Shown here: piece after piece, positions 26,729-36,384 of the stretch | How the letters are laid out: each line of letters opens with the position of its first letter | Position numbering within the stretch: the stretch's first letter is position 1 | The notes under the pieces: model-generated | Told to the model about the DNA's origin: nothing | What the model saw: the letters and a program-made list of their open reading frames with translations, nothing else | Database searches by the model: none | Source of the DNA: a virus | Lineage: Duplodnaviria > Caudoviricetes | Length of the DNA: 64,000 bases | Strand: one strand, 5' to 3' | IMG/VR virus record: IMGVR_UViG_3300035696_002928 | Span: 20,565 to 84,564 of that record | Translations under genes and position numbers: made by a program

Positions 26729-26911
26729 TTACTTGCCCTTCCGGCGGTGTGACATCGCCATCAGGGTCCGCGCCATTGCGACCTGGCGCTTGGTCGTCGG
26801 GTCCTTGTGGGCCTCCCGCATGAACTGCGAAAGGCTCTCGCCTGCCCGTTTGGCCTTGGCTTTCAGAGCCCCAGGGTGCTTGATTGCCCCCTGAATCCAC
26901 TTTTCAGCCAT
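26729..26911 (-). CDS. Small basic protein (KWIQGAIKHPGAL type)
   Basis: Resembles a small basic family I recall from aquatic phages; GGAGG RBS. Confidence 0.6.
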   Translation of the reverse strand: MAEKWIQGAIKHPGALKAKAKRAGESLSQFMREAHKDPTTKRQVAMARTLMAMSHRRKGK

Positions 26912-26996
26912 CGGTTGGCCCTCCAGTTGAAGGTTGCACAAATCAACTCGAACACGAACCCTCAAGTCAGTTTCCGTCGATCCCTACGGTCGCCGC

Positions 26997-29900
26997 TCAA
27001 GGTGACTGCAAGAACGCTGTCCCTGCGCCTAGCTTGCCGGTGTTCGTATCCAACTTGAAGTCGAATAACGCACCATCCGGCGCATCGTCCGTGATGATCT
27101 TCACACCGCTACTGCTTTGACCATCCACCATCAGAAGATCATTCTGGACGATGAACACATCGGACAGAGCACCATGCGTACTGTCCGTCACGTTGGTCAC
27201 GAACGCGGTCAAGTCAATAGCTAACTGGCCGTCGTTGACGACCAATACCTGTTTGAGCGCCGTCTGCGGGCTGGCCGCAGGCAGGTCGCCCGCACTGCTG
27301 TCCACCACCTGGGCGTTGACATCCAGTGCCAACGCGCCATGCGAATTGTCGCCGGGGGCGGTAAGCCGAAACACGTCCCCAAAGTATCCGTACTTTGCGA
27401 CCCCCGCCTTGGAATCCATTACCGTAGTTGTTGACAGGTCGATCACCAGCGGATGCGGGTCTTGCGCGATCTGCATGGAGGGTCCTGGTGCCAACAAGAC
27501 GGGTGTAAAGTCGAACGGCAAGTGGGCAATGCCGGGCGTGTCCTGGTACAAGGCAATCGCCGGCAAAGCCTGTGCCGCAAAGCCCACGTCGGTCGGTGTC
27601 CGGTCGCCCCAGTCCGCGGGGCCGCTGAACACCACGTTCGGGCCGCCCAGAAACACGGGTTTGCTGGGGAGGCTCGACGTATCGCCGACAGGCAGCGTCC
27701 CGGACGCATTCGTTCCCAGGCCGCCGCCGCCCGCGTTCCCGCTGTCGATGTCGGCCTGCGAGGGCCAGGTCGTCGATTGCGGCAGCGCCGCGGGCCAGTA
27801 AAAGGGGTCCTGCACCAGGGTGCCGCCGCGCACGGGCGTCGCACACTCGAAGTCGATGCAGTTTTCCGCCGAATTGTAGTCCGCTTTCTCGACAACCATC
27901 TTCACCGGCCCCAAGGCGACGTAGCCCGTCGCGTCGAGCGTCAGGCAGTCGAACGCCTCGAATGGCAGTTTGTGGAGGTAGGTGCGGAACTTCACCCGCT
28001 TCCAAGCACTCGACAAGCGGATCAACCAGAAGGTCGCCATCTTGAGGATGATGTCCGGCTGGTTGAAGATGTACCAATCGTAATCCTTCTCCCAGAGGCC
28101 GTAGCGCTGGACGTTGTGCCGCAAGACCATGTACTGGCTCTGGCTGGCCTGCTCGGCGGAAAACTCGTAGGCCGGCACGTTCGTCAGCCGCCACGTAATG
28201 TTCATCTTCGTAACGATGTCTTCCGTGCGCTGCGCCAGTTCCACCGCCATGCCCTTGTCAGCGTCGATGTCGCTGACCGTGATCGTGCCCACCGGCGTCG
28301 GCTCCTCGGGCAGGTACTTGATGTAGACAACATTGTCCTCCAGCCACAAGGCGCAACGCGACTGAAAGCAAATCTCCTTGAGCACCTGCACCACGTTCTT
28401 CCGCTGCAAGAGCGGGAAGTTCGCCGGGAACGGAGCCAGCTTCGTGCGAACGTAGTTGAAGCTGTCCGCGTCGTAGGTCAGGTCCGTGTAGTTGTCGATG
28501 ATGTACTCAAGGGTGTCAACGATGTTCGGGCCGACCGACGACTGGAAAGTGATGTACAACTCGTCGGACCAGCCGCGCACGTTGTCCCCGTGGGCGTTCA
28601 CGAACCACACCTGACTCAGTTGCTCCTTCAACACGACCTGCACGGCGGTGACGCTGCCGTAGGTTTTCGTCTCGATGGTGTAAAGGTCCTGCGGCACGGG
28701 CGTCAGCCGCCGCACGCCGTCCACGGACTGGAAGGCTTTCACGGCCAGCACAGTCCCCGGCGTAATCGACGCGATGTAGGTGATCGTGGGGTCCGTGTAC
28801 AACCGCACCGGCGACCCGGCATCGTACCACGTCTCGTTCACCAGGGAGTTGATTAGCACAAAGCCGCCCGGCGGCGGCGTCAAGAACTTGTAGAGTCCGT
28901 AGTTGCGGACTTCGCACGAATTGCCTGTGCCCTCGGGGGTTGGCGTGCAAGGCACCGGCACGCGGAAGTCATACGGATGCCAGCCCGTGTCGGGAATCGG
29001 CTGGCAGTCCGGCAGCCGCACCCGCTGGTAGGCCGCATTCGTGATCGTGTTGGCGATCTGGTTGGCGAGTTCCGTTTCCAACTGCGGGTCCACGCGGCTG
29101 CTGATGTAGAAGGCGTCCCCTTGGAAGACCCCGTGGAACAGGCCGCTGCCGATCTGGATGGTCACGGGAGTGTTCTGCGGGAAGTCTTCGCCGCCGAGGA
29201 TGTGGACCGGGTTGGCACCCTCGCCCTGGAAGTCCGCCTCGGCCATCTGCAAGGCCCGCCGCTCGACCGCGCACTTCTCCTGCCGCAGCATCATAAAGGC
29301 TTCCATGCTGAGTTGCTGGTTCAACTTGTTGGCAGCGTCCAGCAAATCGGCGGACTTCTTCGGGTCAACGATCTGCCACAACTCGCTCGCCTGCATGAGC
29401 GTGCTGTAGTGGATGTGCTCGATGGACATTTGCATCAACTTGTGATCGTCCCGGTTCGAGCCGTTCACGTACAGCGGACTGTTCGAGTATTCCTGCTGTC
29501 CGCCGAGGATGCCCACGCCTTGCAGCGTCGTACCCGTGACCGCCAGCGACATCTTGAGCGCCGGGTAGTCGTAGGCCAGGCCGAACACCATCGGCCACGC
29601 CTTGCCCACCAGGTCCGCAGGGATGAAGGGGAACTGCCCCTCGTCTGCCGAGAACCCGATCTCCTTGTCTTCGATCTGCGACACGGCGCTGAACTTGACC
29701 GTGCGGTCGCGCTCGTTCCAACTGGCCGGTGTGTTGATCTTGCCGGAGAACACCAGGAACTTGTCGCTCAACGCCAGGCCCGTGAACCACTGGTACAGCC
29801 GCACGGGCCGCTTGTGGATGTCGTAGGCATCGAAAATCTTCTTGAGCGCGCCGTCCGTGTCGTCGAGCGTGATGGCGATTTCCTGTGACGGGCTGTTCTG

Positions 29901-30098
29901 CATCGTCACGTCGATGGCTTCGTCCAGGTCGCCCAACTCCACGATCTTGCCTGGGATGGCCGGCGGCCCCGCGATGTCCTTGTCGGCATACGATGACGTG
30001 ACCCCGCCTTCGGACCAGTCGATCTCCAGGATGCAGACCGGCTCGTTGCCGTGGGTGGTCGTCAGTTTCGCCAGACCGTCGCTAGAAATGGTACGCAT
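26997..30098 (-). CDS. Tail tip / central tail protein
   Basis: 1033 aa, beta-rich, last large gene of the tail operon. Confidence 0.7.
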   Translation of the reverse strand: MRTISSDGLAKLTTTHGNEPVCILEIDWSEGGVTSSYADKDIAGPPAIPGKIVELGDLDEAIDVTMQNSPSQEIAITLDDTDGALKKIFDAYDIHKRPVRLYQWFTGLALSDKFLVFSGKINTPASWNERDRTVKFSAVSQIEDKEIGFSADEGQFPFIPADLVGKAWPMVFGLAYDYPALKMSLAVTGTTLQGVGILGGQQEYSNSPLYVNGSNRDDHKLMQMSIEHIHYSTLMQASELWQIVDPKKSADLLDAANKLNQQLSMEAFMMLRQEKCAVERRALQMAEADFQGEGANPVHILGGEDFPQNTPVTIQIGSGLFHGVFQGDAFYISSRVDPQLETELANQIANTITNAAYQRVRLPDCQPIPDTGWHPYDFRVPVPCTPTPEGTGNSCEVRNYGLYKFLTPPPGGFVLINSLVNETWYDAGSPVRLYTDPTITYIASITPGTVLAVKAFQSVDGVRRLTPVPQDLYTIETKTYGSVTAVQVVLKEQLSQVWFVNAHGDNVRGWSDELYITFQSSVGPNIVDTLEYIIDNYTDLTYDADSFNYVRTKLAPFPANFPLLQRKNVVQVLKEICFQSRCALWLEDNVVYIKYLPEEPTPVGTITVSDIDADKGMAVELAQRTEDIVTKMNITWRLTNVPAYEFSAEQASQSQYMVLRHNVQRYGLWEKDYDWYIFNQPDIILKMATFWLIRLSSAWKRVKFRTYLHKLPFEAFDCLTLDATGYVALGPVKMVVEKADYNSAENCIDFECATPVRGGTLVQDPFYWPAALPQSTTWPSQADIDSGNAGGGGLGTNASGTLPVGDTSSLPSKPVFLGGPNVVFSGPADWGDRTPTDVGFAAQALPAIALYQDTPGIAHLPFDFTPVLLAPGPSMQIAQDPHPLVIDLSTTTVMDSKAGVAKYGYFGDVFRLTAPGDNSHGALALDVNAQVVDSSAGDLPAASPQTALKQVLVVNDGQLAIDLTAFVTNVTDSTHGALSDVFIVQNDLLMVDGQSSSGVKIITDDAPDGALFDFKLDTNTGKLGAGTAFLQSP

Positions 30099-30496
30099 TA
30101 TTGCTGCACTCCCTCGAACTCGATGTCAATGGCTTGCAACTCGCCGCGCGGCATGGGCGTGATCGCCGGAGCCGCGGCGTTCGGCGTATCGAACTCGAAC
30201 GGATTGTTGGTGAAGTGCCCCACCCACGTCCGCCCGCGGTGGTCCACCGCCTGCACCGCGACGGCGAAGTAGGCGAAGATGAAGGCCCGCAGTTCCAGCG
30301 CCTTGTTGCGGCTGAGAAGGAAGGTCCACTTCAGCTTGCGGCGGCCGTCCCGGCGCTTGACGTAGGTGTAGCGCGTCCCGTCCATCGCCAGCTTCCGAGA
30401 CACCGTATCCAGCAGGTTCTCTTGATCGCTGAATTGCGGGCTCGGAAGCACGGTGGTCGTTTGCAGGAGTGGCGACGGTGCGGAAACTTGGAACAT
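30098..30496 (-). CDS. Distal-tail (Dit)-like protein
   Basis: Position; paralogous to the C-terminal domain of 30507-33281. Confidence 0.55.
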   Translation of the reverse strand: MFQVSAPSPLLQTTTVLPSPQFSDQENLLDTVSRKLAMDGTRYTYVKRRDGRRKLKWTFLLSRNKALELRAFIFAYFAVAVQAVDHRGRTWVGHFTNNPFEFDTPNAAAPAITPMPRGELQAIDIEFEGVQQ

Positions 30497-30506
30497 GCCT
30501 GCCTCC

Positions 30507-33281
30507 TTACGCCAGAGCGCCCTCAAACTCCAACGACGCCGCAAACATCGCGCCTTGACCGTCCTGCGTCACGGCTTCGGTCGGATTAGTGATGACCCCC
30601 TTCCACAGGCGGTTCTCCCAATCCACGAAGCCGATCTCCAGGCCCAGGTGGCTGGACATGAAGTTGAGCAGGTCGGCGGCCTGCGTCTCCGACAGGCCCG
30701 TGAAGGACAAGACTTGCACCTGGGTCTTCGGCCAGATGGGGTCCGCGTAGACCACCAGGGTTCCGCCGCGAGTCTCGCGGCTGATGCGGTTGAACGCCAA
30801 ACGGTCCTTGTTGCCCAACTCGGGCGACCGCAGCGTCAAGGTGTCCGATGGCGACACCGCCGGATACAGGAACGTCGTCGGCGGGTAATCGGCGTCCGGG
30901 GCGTACACCAGCGTCCCCGGCGGGGGCGTCGGCAAGTCCGGCAGCGATTGCCCGATGCGCGGCTTGTAAAGGAACTCGATGTCGTTGGTCGGCGACTCGT
31001 AGACAAAGACTTGCCCGAGCGTCAAGCCGGACTCGGCCGACAGGACGCGCACCACCGTGACCGTGGCCTTGTGCCCAAGCGTCACTTGGTCGCTGGCCGG
31101 CTTGGACGACACGACCGTTGCCAGGTCGCCAAGCTGAAGAGCGCTGAACGTCGCCGATTCGCGGATCGAATAGGCCGCCTGCCCGAGGCTCAAAGCGCTG
31201 GTCGCGCCGACCGCGATGGCCGCCGCGTGCGTCACGCCGCCCAGGGCCGAATAGCCGAAGGACAAGTGGCTCGTCGCAGTGAGCACGCCGCGCTTGTCCA
31301 CCGTCGTGGCGGCGTCGGACAGCCCGGCGAGGACCACCAGCGAGTTCACAAGCGTGTCGGGATCGAACACGAAGCCCATCGTCTGGATCGTGTCCGTTGC
31401 GTCCACGCGGATCGGCCGGTTGAGCCGGTTCGTGTCCGCCATCGCCAGGTGGCTGACGGCCCCGCAATGCTGCGAGCCGGCGCGTACAATCGTCTGGTCC
31501 AGAACCACCTGATCCACGGCGGACAGGCGGGGCTTCGTCGGGTGGACGCTGGCCGCATCAATCAGTTGCAGTGCGCTGGCGGCTGCCAGGTGCGTTGCGC
31601 GGTTCTTGACATCGGCGCTGGACACCACAGCCAAGGGATCAGTCGCCGCAACATGGTGGACCGTGTTATAGCCGGTCGCCGTCTGGGCGACGGCCAACAC
31701 GCTCGTGGCCTGCGGCACGCTGCGCTTGTGGACCGTGTTGCTCTGCGACAGCGGCAGGTTGCTGGTGCCGCGCTTGCTGAGGCTGCAAATCGAGTTCTGC
31801 CCGAAGGTCAGGGCGCTCGTCGCCCCGCGGAACTGCACGCGCGTCCGCACGGAGGAGCCCGCCAGCGCCAAGGCGCTGGTCGCATCCCGCAGGGACGTGT
31901 GCCGCGCGCCCGTCGCGTAGTTGAACACCAGGGCGGACGCCGCCCCACCGGTCAAATGCTGGCCGAGGTACGGGATCGTCGAGAACACAACATTGCTGCT
32001 GGCCGCGCGACCGTGTACGGTCGCGGTCGCTGCCGCGTGGCCCATCGCCAGGTGGCTTGTGGCGTCTGCCAGCACGGCGGGGATGCGCTCGGTCATCAGC
32101 GACAATTCGCCGAAGGAGCAATAGCCGCCGTCGCCATTGTTGGACGTGACCGTCAGCCGGTAGTAGGCATACGCGCCCGTGACCGCCAGCGGGTAGTGCC
32201 GGCGCTCGCCGGGGTGCCAGTTCGTCTCGGTCGTGATCGCATTCGAGAGCGTGGTCCAGGCGATGCCGTCCGTCGAGCCCTGGAGGCTGAACGCCTGCGG
32301 CATCTCAGCGCCGCGGTCCTCGAACGGGGCCCAGAGCGCGAAGGACTTGATCTCAACCGGCGCGGTGAATTGGTACTGCCACCAGACCGGGAACGAAGCC
32401 GCCGACTGCGAGGCCACGCTGCTGCTGTGGTAATCGCCGTCGAACGCCTTGTAGGCGTTCGCCAAGGAGTCGGACGAACTCGCGGTGCCAGCCGGCGTCG
32501 TGTTACTTGTCAACCGCGGGATCGCCGTGGACGGCCCGTACAGGAGCAACTCGCCAATCGACACGGCATCCACGCTGCCGTTGTTCGACGTAACCGTCAG
32601 CTTGTAGTGCGTGTACCAGTCGGGCGTGTCCACCAGGACCACGCGCTTCTGGCCCACCTGCCAGTTGGTCGCGTTGTTGACGGCCGACACCTGCGTCCAG
32701 TTGGTCCCGTCCGGCGAGCCCCACAGCTTGAAGCTGCGGGGCATCTCGTCCGTGGCCCCATCCGACCGTGCCCACAGGGCATAGGCCGTGACTTTCTGCG
32801 GCGAAGGAAACTGGAACTGCCACCAGGCCGGGTAGCCCGCCGACAGGACGCTCGAACTGAGCGCACCGTTCAAGCCGTCGAAGGCCAGGTACGCCGGGTA
32901 GGTCCCGGAGCCGTAGAGGGCCGTCGAACTCGCGGTGCCCAGCGGGGCCGTGTCGCTCGTCATCAGCGGCGTCAGCGGCAGGTCGCTGCGGACCAGGGTG
33001 ACGGTCGCCGTCTGGCCCATCGCCAGGGCACTGGTGGCCGGACGCGCGGACCCGGAAAGGTCCGCCGAGGCCGACTGGCCCAGCGACAGCGCGCTCGCCG
33101 CCCCGCACCCGGGCAAGCCGGCCGTGTCCAGCATCATCGCGCCGAGGCGTGCGCCGGCCGTGCCCAGGATGGAGGCTGAACCCTTCGGGGGCGCGCTCCC
33201 GCTGCTGCCGCCGCCCCCGCCACCGCCCCCGGTGACGAGCGCGCCAATCGGCAAACCCGAGATTGGTGAGCGTCCGAGCAT
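30507..33281 (-). CDS. Tail protein with two F5/8 type C (discoidin/CBM32-like) domains, Ala/Ser/Thr repeats and a C-terminal Dit-like domain
   Basis: Two copies of AFDG...WWQ(F/Y)QF...P..F.L.GS.DG..W. Confidence 0.75.
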   Translation of the reverse strand: MLGRSPISGLPIGALVTGGGGGGGGSSGSAPPKGSASILGTAGARLGAMMLDTAGLPGCGAASALSLGQSASADLSGSARPATSALAMGQTATVTLVRSDLPLTPLMTSDTAPLGTASSTALYGSGTYPAYLAFDGLNGALSSSVLSAGYPAWWQFQFPSPQKVTAYALWARSDGATDEMPRSFKLWGSPDGTNWTQVSAVNNATNWQVGQKRVVLVDTPDWYTHYKLTVTSNNGSVDAVSIGELLLYGPSTAIPRLTSNTTPAGTASSSDSLANAYKAFDGDYHSSSVASQSAASFPVWWQYQFTAPVEIKSFALWAPFEDRGAEMPQAFSLQGSTDGIAWTTLSNAITTETNWHPGERRHYPLAVTGAYAYYRLTVTSNNGDGGYCSFGELSLMTERIPAVLADATSHLAMGHAAATATVHGRAASSNVVFSTIPYLGQHLTGGAASALVFNYATGARHTSLRDATSALALAGSSVRTRVQFRGATSALTFGQNSICSLSKRGTSNLPLSQSNTVHKRSVPQATSVLAVAQTATGYNTVHHVAATDPLAVVSSADVKNRATHLAAASALQLIDAASVHPTKPRLSAVDQVVLDQTIVRAGSQHCGAVSHLAMADTNRLNRPIRVDATDTIQTMGFVFDPDTLVNSLVVLAGLSDAATTVDKRGVLTATSHLSFGYSALGGVTHAAAIAVGATSALSLGQAAYSIRESATFSALQLGDLATVVSSKPASDQVTLGHKATVTVVRVLSAESGLTLGQVFVYESPTNDIEFLYKPRIGQSLPDLPTPPPGTLVYAPDADYPPTTFLYPAVSPSDTLTLRSPELGNKDRLAFNRISRETRGGTLVVYADPIWPKTQVQVLSFTGLSETQAADLLNFMSSHLGLEIGFVDWENRLWKGVITNPTEAVTQDGQGAMFAASLEFEGALA

Positions 33282-33283
33282 GG

Positions 33284-34540
33284 TTAGTACGCCTGGTTGT
33301 ATTGCAGGATCGTTCCTGTGCCGCTGTCCGAAATCGTCTGGCTGCCCAGGTCACAAAGGGCCACGGTGCAGTTGTTGCAACCGCTGTCGATGGTGACGGA
33401 ATGGGAGCCGTTGGTCTGGAACCGGCAGCCGATGACGCTGATCGCCGAGGCGGTCTTGCCGCCGTTGTTGGAGATCACGATGCCTGGGCCGCCGTTGGCG
33501 ACGAACACGCAGCCCGAGATGTTCACGCCGGCCATCGAGCCCAGGTTGTTCTGGAACTTGATGCCGGGCAGGCTGCTCCCGGTCGCCTGGATGATGCAGT
33601 TGGTGATGCGGGCCAGGTCGCCCTCGTCGATGCCGATGCCGCCCACGCCGCCGCTCTGGCAGTTCGCGTTCACGTTGCAGTTGTCGATCAGGCAACGGTA
33701 CGATTGGTTGTCAATCGTGATCCCCTCGTAGCCGTTATGGTACGTGTAGCAGTCGGAGATTATCGAGTCCGTGACGTGGTTCTGCGAAATGCCGATCTGG
33801 CCGTTGTCGTGGGAATAGCAGGCGTGAATTCGGTTGTACGCGCACGTCGTCGATTGCCCGTCCAGGCAGATGCCGTGCCCCGTCGAATGGTGGTGGCTCT
33901 CCACGCCGTCCACGTAGTTGTTCGCGCCCTTGATGACCAGGCCGCTGCCGCCGCTCTGGCTGTTGCCGTCGATGGTGATGCCGCGAATCTCGTTGTCGTT
34001 GCCCGTGACCGTGAGGGCGTCCACGCCGGCCGTCTTCTTGAGGATCACGCCCTTGGGGCCGGACAGCGATTGGCCGTTGTTGCCGGCCGTGAGCCCCGTG
34101 CTGATGGCGTAGGTGGCGGCCGGAAAGTAGACCGGCAGCCCGCTGTCGATGGCCGCCTGGATCGCGGCGTGATCGTCCGCTGATCCGTTGCCCACGGCCC
34201 CGTAGAGCAGGACATTGGCGACCGCGAGGGCCGCCTGCGTGAGCAGCTTTGCCGGCGCGTCCACCCAGACGTTCTTCGTGCCTGCCCCGAAGCTGACCGC
34301 GCTGCCGCTGTTGCTGCTGGCGAGGATCAGGTCGCGGCTCAACGTGGTGCCCGAGCCCGTGTACGTCCCGCGGCCGACTTCCCAGTTGCCTGCGCCGTCG
34401 TCGATGCAGTAGAAGCACTCGTTCCGGTCGCCCACGACAGAGAACGCGCGAAAGCCCGAGACGGCCCCGCCCAGCGTCAGGGTGCCGGTGCCGGTCGTGG
34501 CCGTCGTTTCCTGGATGCGGTCTGCAACTACCAGTGTCAT
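33284..34540 (-). CDS. Tailspike-like protein with pectate-lyase-type beta helix
   Basis: N-terminal ADRIQETTATTGTGTLTL module; YGAVGNG..DDHAAIQAAID; beta-helix repeats. Confidence 0.75.
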   Translation of the reverse strand: MTLVVADRIQETTATTGTGTLTLGGAVSGFRAFSVVGDRNECFYCIDDGAGNWEVGRGTYTGSGTTLSRDLILASSNSGSAVSFGAGTKNVWVDAPAKLLTQAALAVANVLLYGAVGNGSADDHAAIQAAIDSGLPVYFPAATYAISTGLTAGNNGQSLSGPKGVILKKTAGVDALTVTGNDNEIRGITIDGNSQSGGSGLVIKGANNYVDGVESHHHSTGHGICLDGQSTTCAYNRIHACYSHDNGQIGISQNHVTDSIISDCYTYHNGYEGITIDNQSYRCLIDNCNVNANCQSGGVGGIGIDEGDLARITNCIIQATGSSLPGIKFQNNLGSMAGVNISGCVFVANGGPGIVISNNGGKTASAISVIGCRFQTNGSHSVTIDSGCNNCTVALCDLGSQTISDSGTGTILQYNQAY

Positions 34541-34551
34541 GTCGCTCTCCC

Positions 34552-35469
34552 TTAGCTGCCCAAGATGCCCGCCCCATCGTCCCACGCCGCCAAGGTCGCC
34601 CAACCGCCGACCGCCGGATTGATCGCCCCGAAGAAGATGCGGTCAATCGTGCCCAGGTAAGCGGACTCGCCATAGCTGCCGATGTTGAGCCAGAACTTGC
34701 CGTTGTCCGAAATGTCGAAGTACCAGTTGCCATTGTTCGGCCGGCGGATGCGAAACCACATCCACTCCAGGACGGGGCAATCATAGGTCGTAATCACGTC
34801 GGGGAACACGTAGCTGGCAAGGTTATCCCACTTGTTGACGTTGGCCTGCTTCTTGTGCGACCAATAGTTCTGGCACACGATCTTGCCCGCCGTGTCCATG
34901 ACGCCAATCGACGCGCCGGACCACCAGCCGTTGAACGACGAGGGACCATGCGACACGCCCCGCACGGCCGCCGTAAGCTGCCAGGTCGGGCTCGTCGGCA
35001 CCGGGCGGGTCAAGGCGGCGTTCGTCAGGGTGTTCGTCGCCAGGACGATGCTGCCGCCGCTGTCCGACTTCGTGGCCCCGCCGCTGCCCCAATCCTGCAA
35101 GGTGAAGTCCGCGGCCGTCAGGATGTCCTCGCTGGCGTCGGTGATGCGGAACGCCGGCCGCCCGCCGTCGAACAAAGGGTCATTGTCCTGGCAATAGCGT
35201 TGCAGGTCGCCTTGCGTCAGGAGTTGGTAAGCCCGCGTCCCGTCCCCATGCGACACGTTCGTCGTGCCCTCTTGCGCCCGCGCCACCGTCAACGTGTTCG
35301 TCGAGCGGGCCGTGCAAAGCACCAACTCGCTCTCGATCAGGAGGTGGAAGTCGCCGCCGCTCGGGAACACCGAGCCGTCCGCAACCGTAATCGACGTGGC
35401 CGTGTCCGTGATCGCCCCGTTGAGGGTCGTCTGGGCGTTGTTCACAAACTCTTCGCGGCGTTGTGTCAT
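34552..35469 (-). CDS. Tail / receptor-binding protein, paralog 3
   Basis: LNGAI..T.TSITVADGS.FP N-module; C-terminal LAAWDDGAGILGS. Confidence 0.7.
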   Translation of the reverse strand: MTQRREEFVNNAQTTLNGAITDTATSITVADGSVFPSGGDFHLLIESELVLCTARSTNTLTVARAQEGTTNVSHGDGTRAYQLLTQGDLQRYCQDNDPLFDGGRPAFRITDASEDILTAADFTLQDWGSGGATKSDSGGSIVLATNTLTNAALTRPVPTSPTWQLTAAVRGVSHGPSSFNGWWSGASIGVMDTAGKIVCQNYWSHKKQANVNKWDNLASYVFPDVITTYDCPVLEWMWFRIRRPNNGNWYFDISDNGKFWLNIGSYGESAYLGTIDRIFFGAINPAVGGWATLAAWDDGAGILGS

Positions 35470-35480
35470 GTCTCGTCTCC

Positions 35481-36374
35481 CTAGCTGCCGAGGATGCCGC
35501 CCCCGTCGTCCCACGCCGCCAGCGTGCAATAGCAGCCGGCCGCCGGGTTAAAGGTCCCGAAGCAAATGCGGTTCGGCGTGCCCAAGTAGGCCGTCTTCCC
35601 GTAGCTGCCGACTTCGATCCACTGCTTGCCGTTGTCCGAAATCTGGAAGTGCCAGTTGCCGTCGTTCGGGTCCACGATGCGCAGCCACATCCATTCGGTC
35701 GCAAAGACATTGAAAGGCCCCACGATGTCGGGCGGGGTGTAGCTGCCGTTGTTCCACTTGTTGATGTGGATGGCCTGCTCATGCGCGCGGTAGTTGATGA
35801 ACACCCCGAGACCGGCCGAGTCCAGAATGCCAATCGAAGCCGTGGCCCAGATCGCCACGGCGCTCGTGGACAAGCCGCGCACGGCGGCGGTCAGCGTCCA
35901 CGTCGAGCCGCCGGGGTAGGGGCGCGTGATGAAACCGCCGACCGACGCGGTAACGACGATGCTCGTGCCCATATTCGTGGCCGCCAGGTCCGTGCCGCCC
36001 CAGTTGAGGATCGTGAAATCGGACGCCTGGAGGCGATTCTGGCTGGCGTCCGTGATGCGGAACGCCGGCCGGTCGGTGTCGAACAACGGGTCATTGTCGC
36101 GGAGGTAGCTTTGCAACCCGCCCTGCGAGACGACGTGGTTGACCAACGCGCCGTCCGCGTGCGACACGTTCGTCGTGCCCTCTTGTGCCCGCACCACCGT
36201 CAGCGTGTTGGTCGAGCGGGCTGTGCAGAGCATCAATTCGTCGTCGATCAGGATGCGGAAGTCGCCGCCGGCCGGGAGCGCGGAACCGTCCGCGACCACG
36301 ACCGACGTGACCAGACTTGAGATCGCCCCGTTGAGGGGCGTTTGGCCGTCGTTCTTGAACTGCTCGCGCCGCAT
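35481..36374 (-). CDS. Tail / receptor-binding protein, paralog 2
   Basis: Same architecture as its neighbours. Confidence 0.7.
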   Translation of the reverse strand: MRREQFKNDGQTPLNGAISSLVTSVVVADGSALPAGGDFRILIDDELMLCTARSTNTLTVVRAQEGTTNVSHADGALVNHVVSQGGLQSYLRDNDPLFDTDRPAFRITDASQNRLQASDFTILNWGGTDLAATNMGTSIVVTASVGGFITRPYPGGSTWTLTAAVRGLSTSAVAIWATASIGILDSAGLGVFINYRAHEQAIHINKWNNGSYTPPDIVGPFNVFATEWMWLRIVDPNDGNWHFQISDNGKQWIEVGSYGKTAYLGTPNRICFGTFNPAAGCYCTLAAWDDGGGILGS

Positions 36375-36384
36375 GTGTCACCTC

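Noticed and set aside
30453-33179. 908 aa plus-strand ORF and other long antisense ORFs (38071-40155, 45228-47003, 17633-19003)
   Set aside because: Arg-rich shadows of well-supported minus-strand genes
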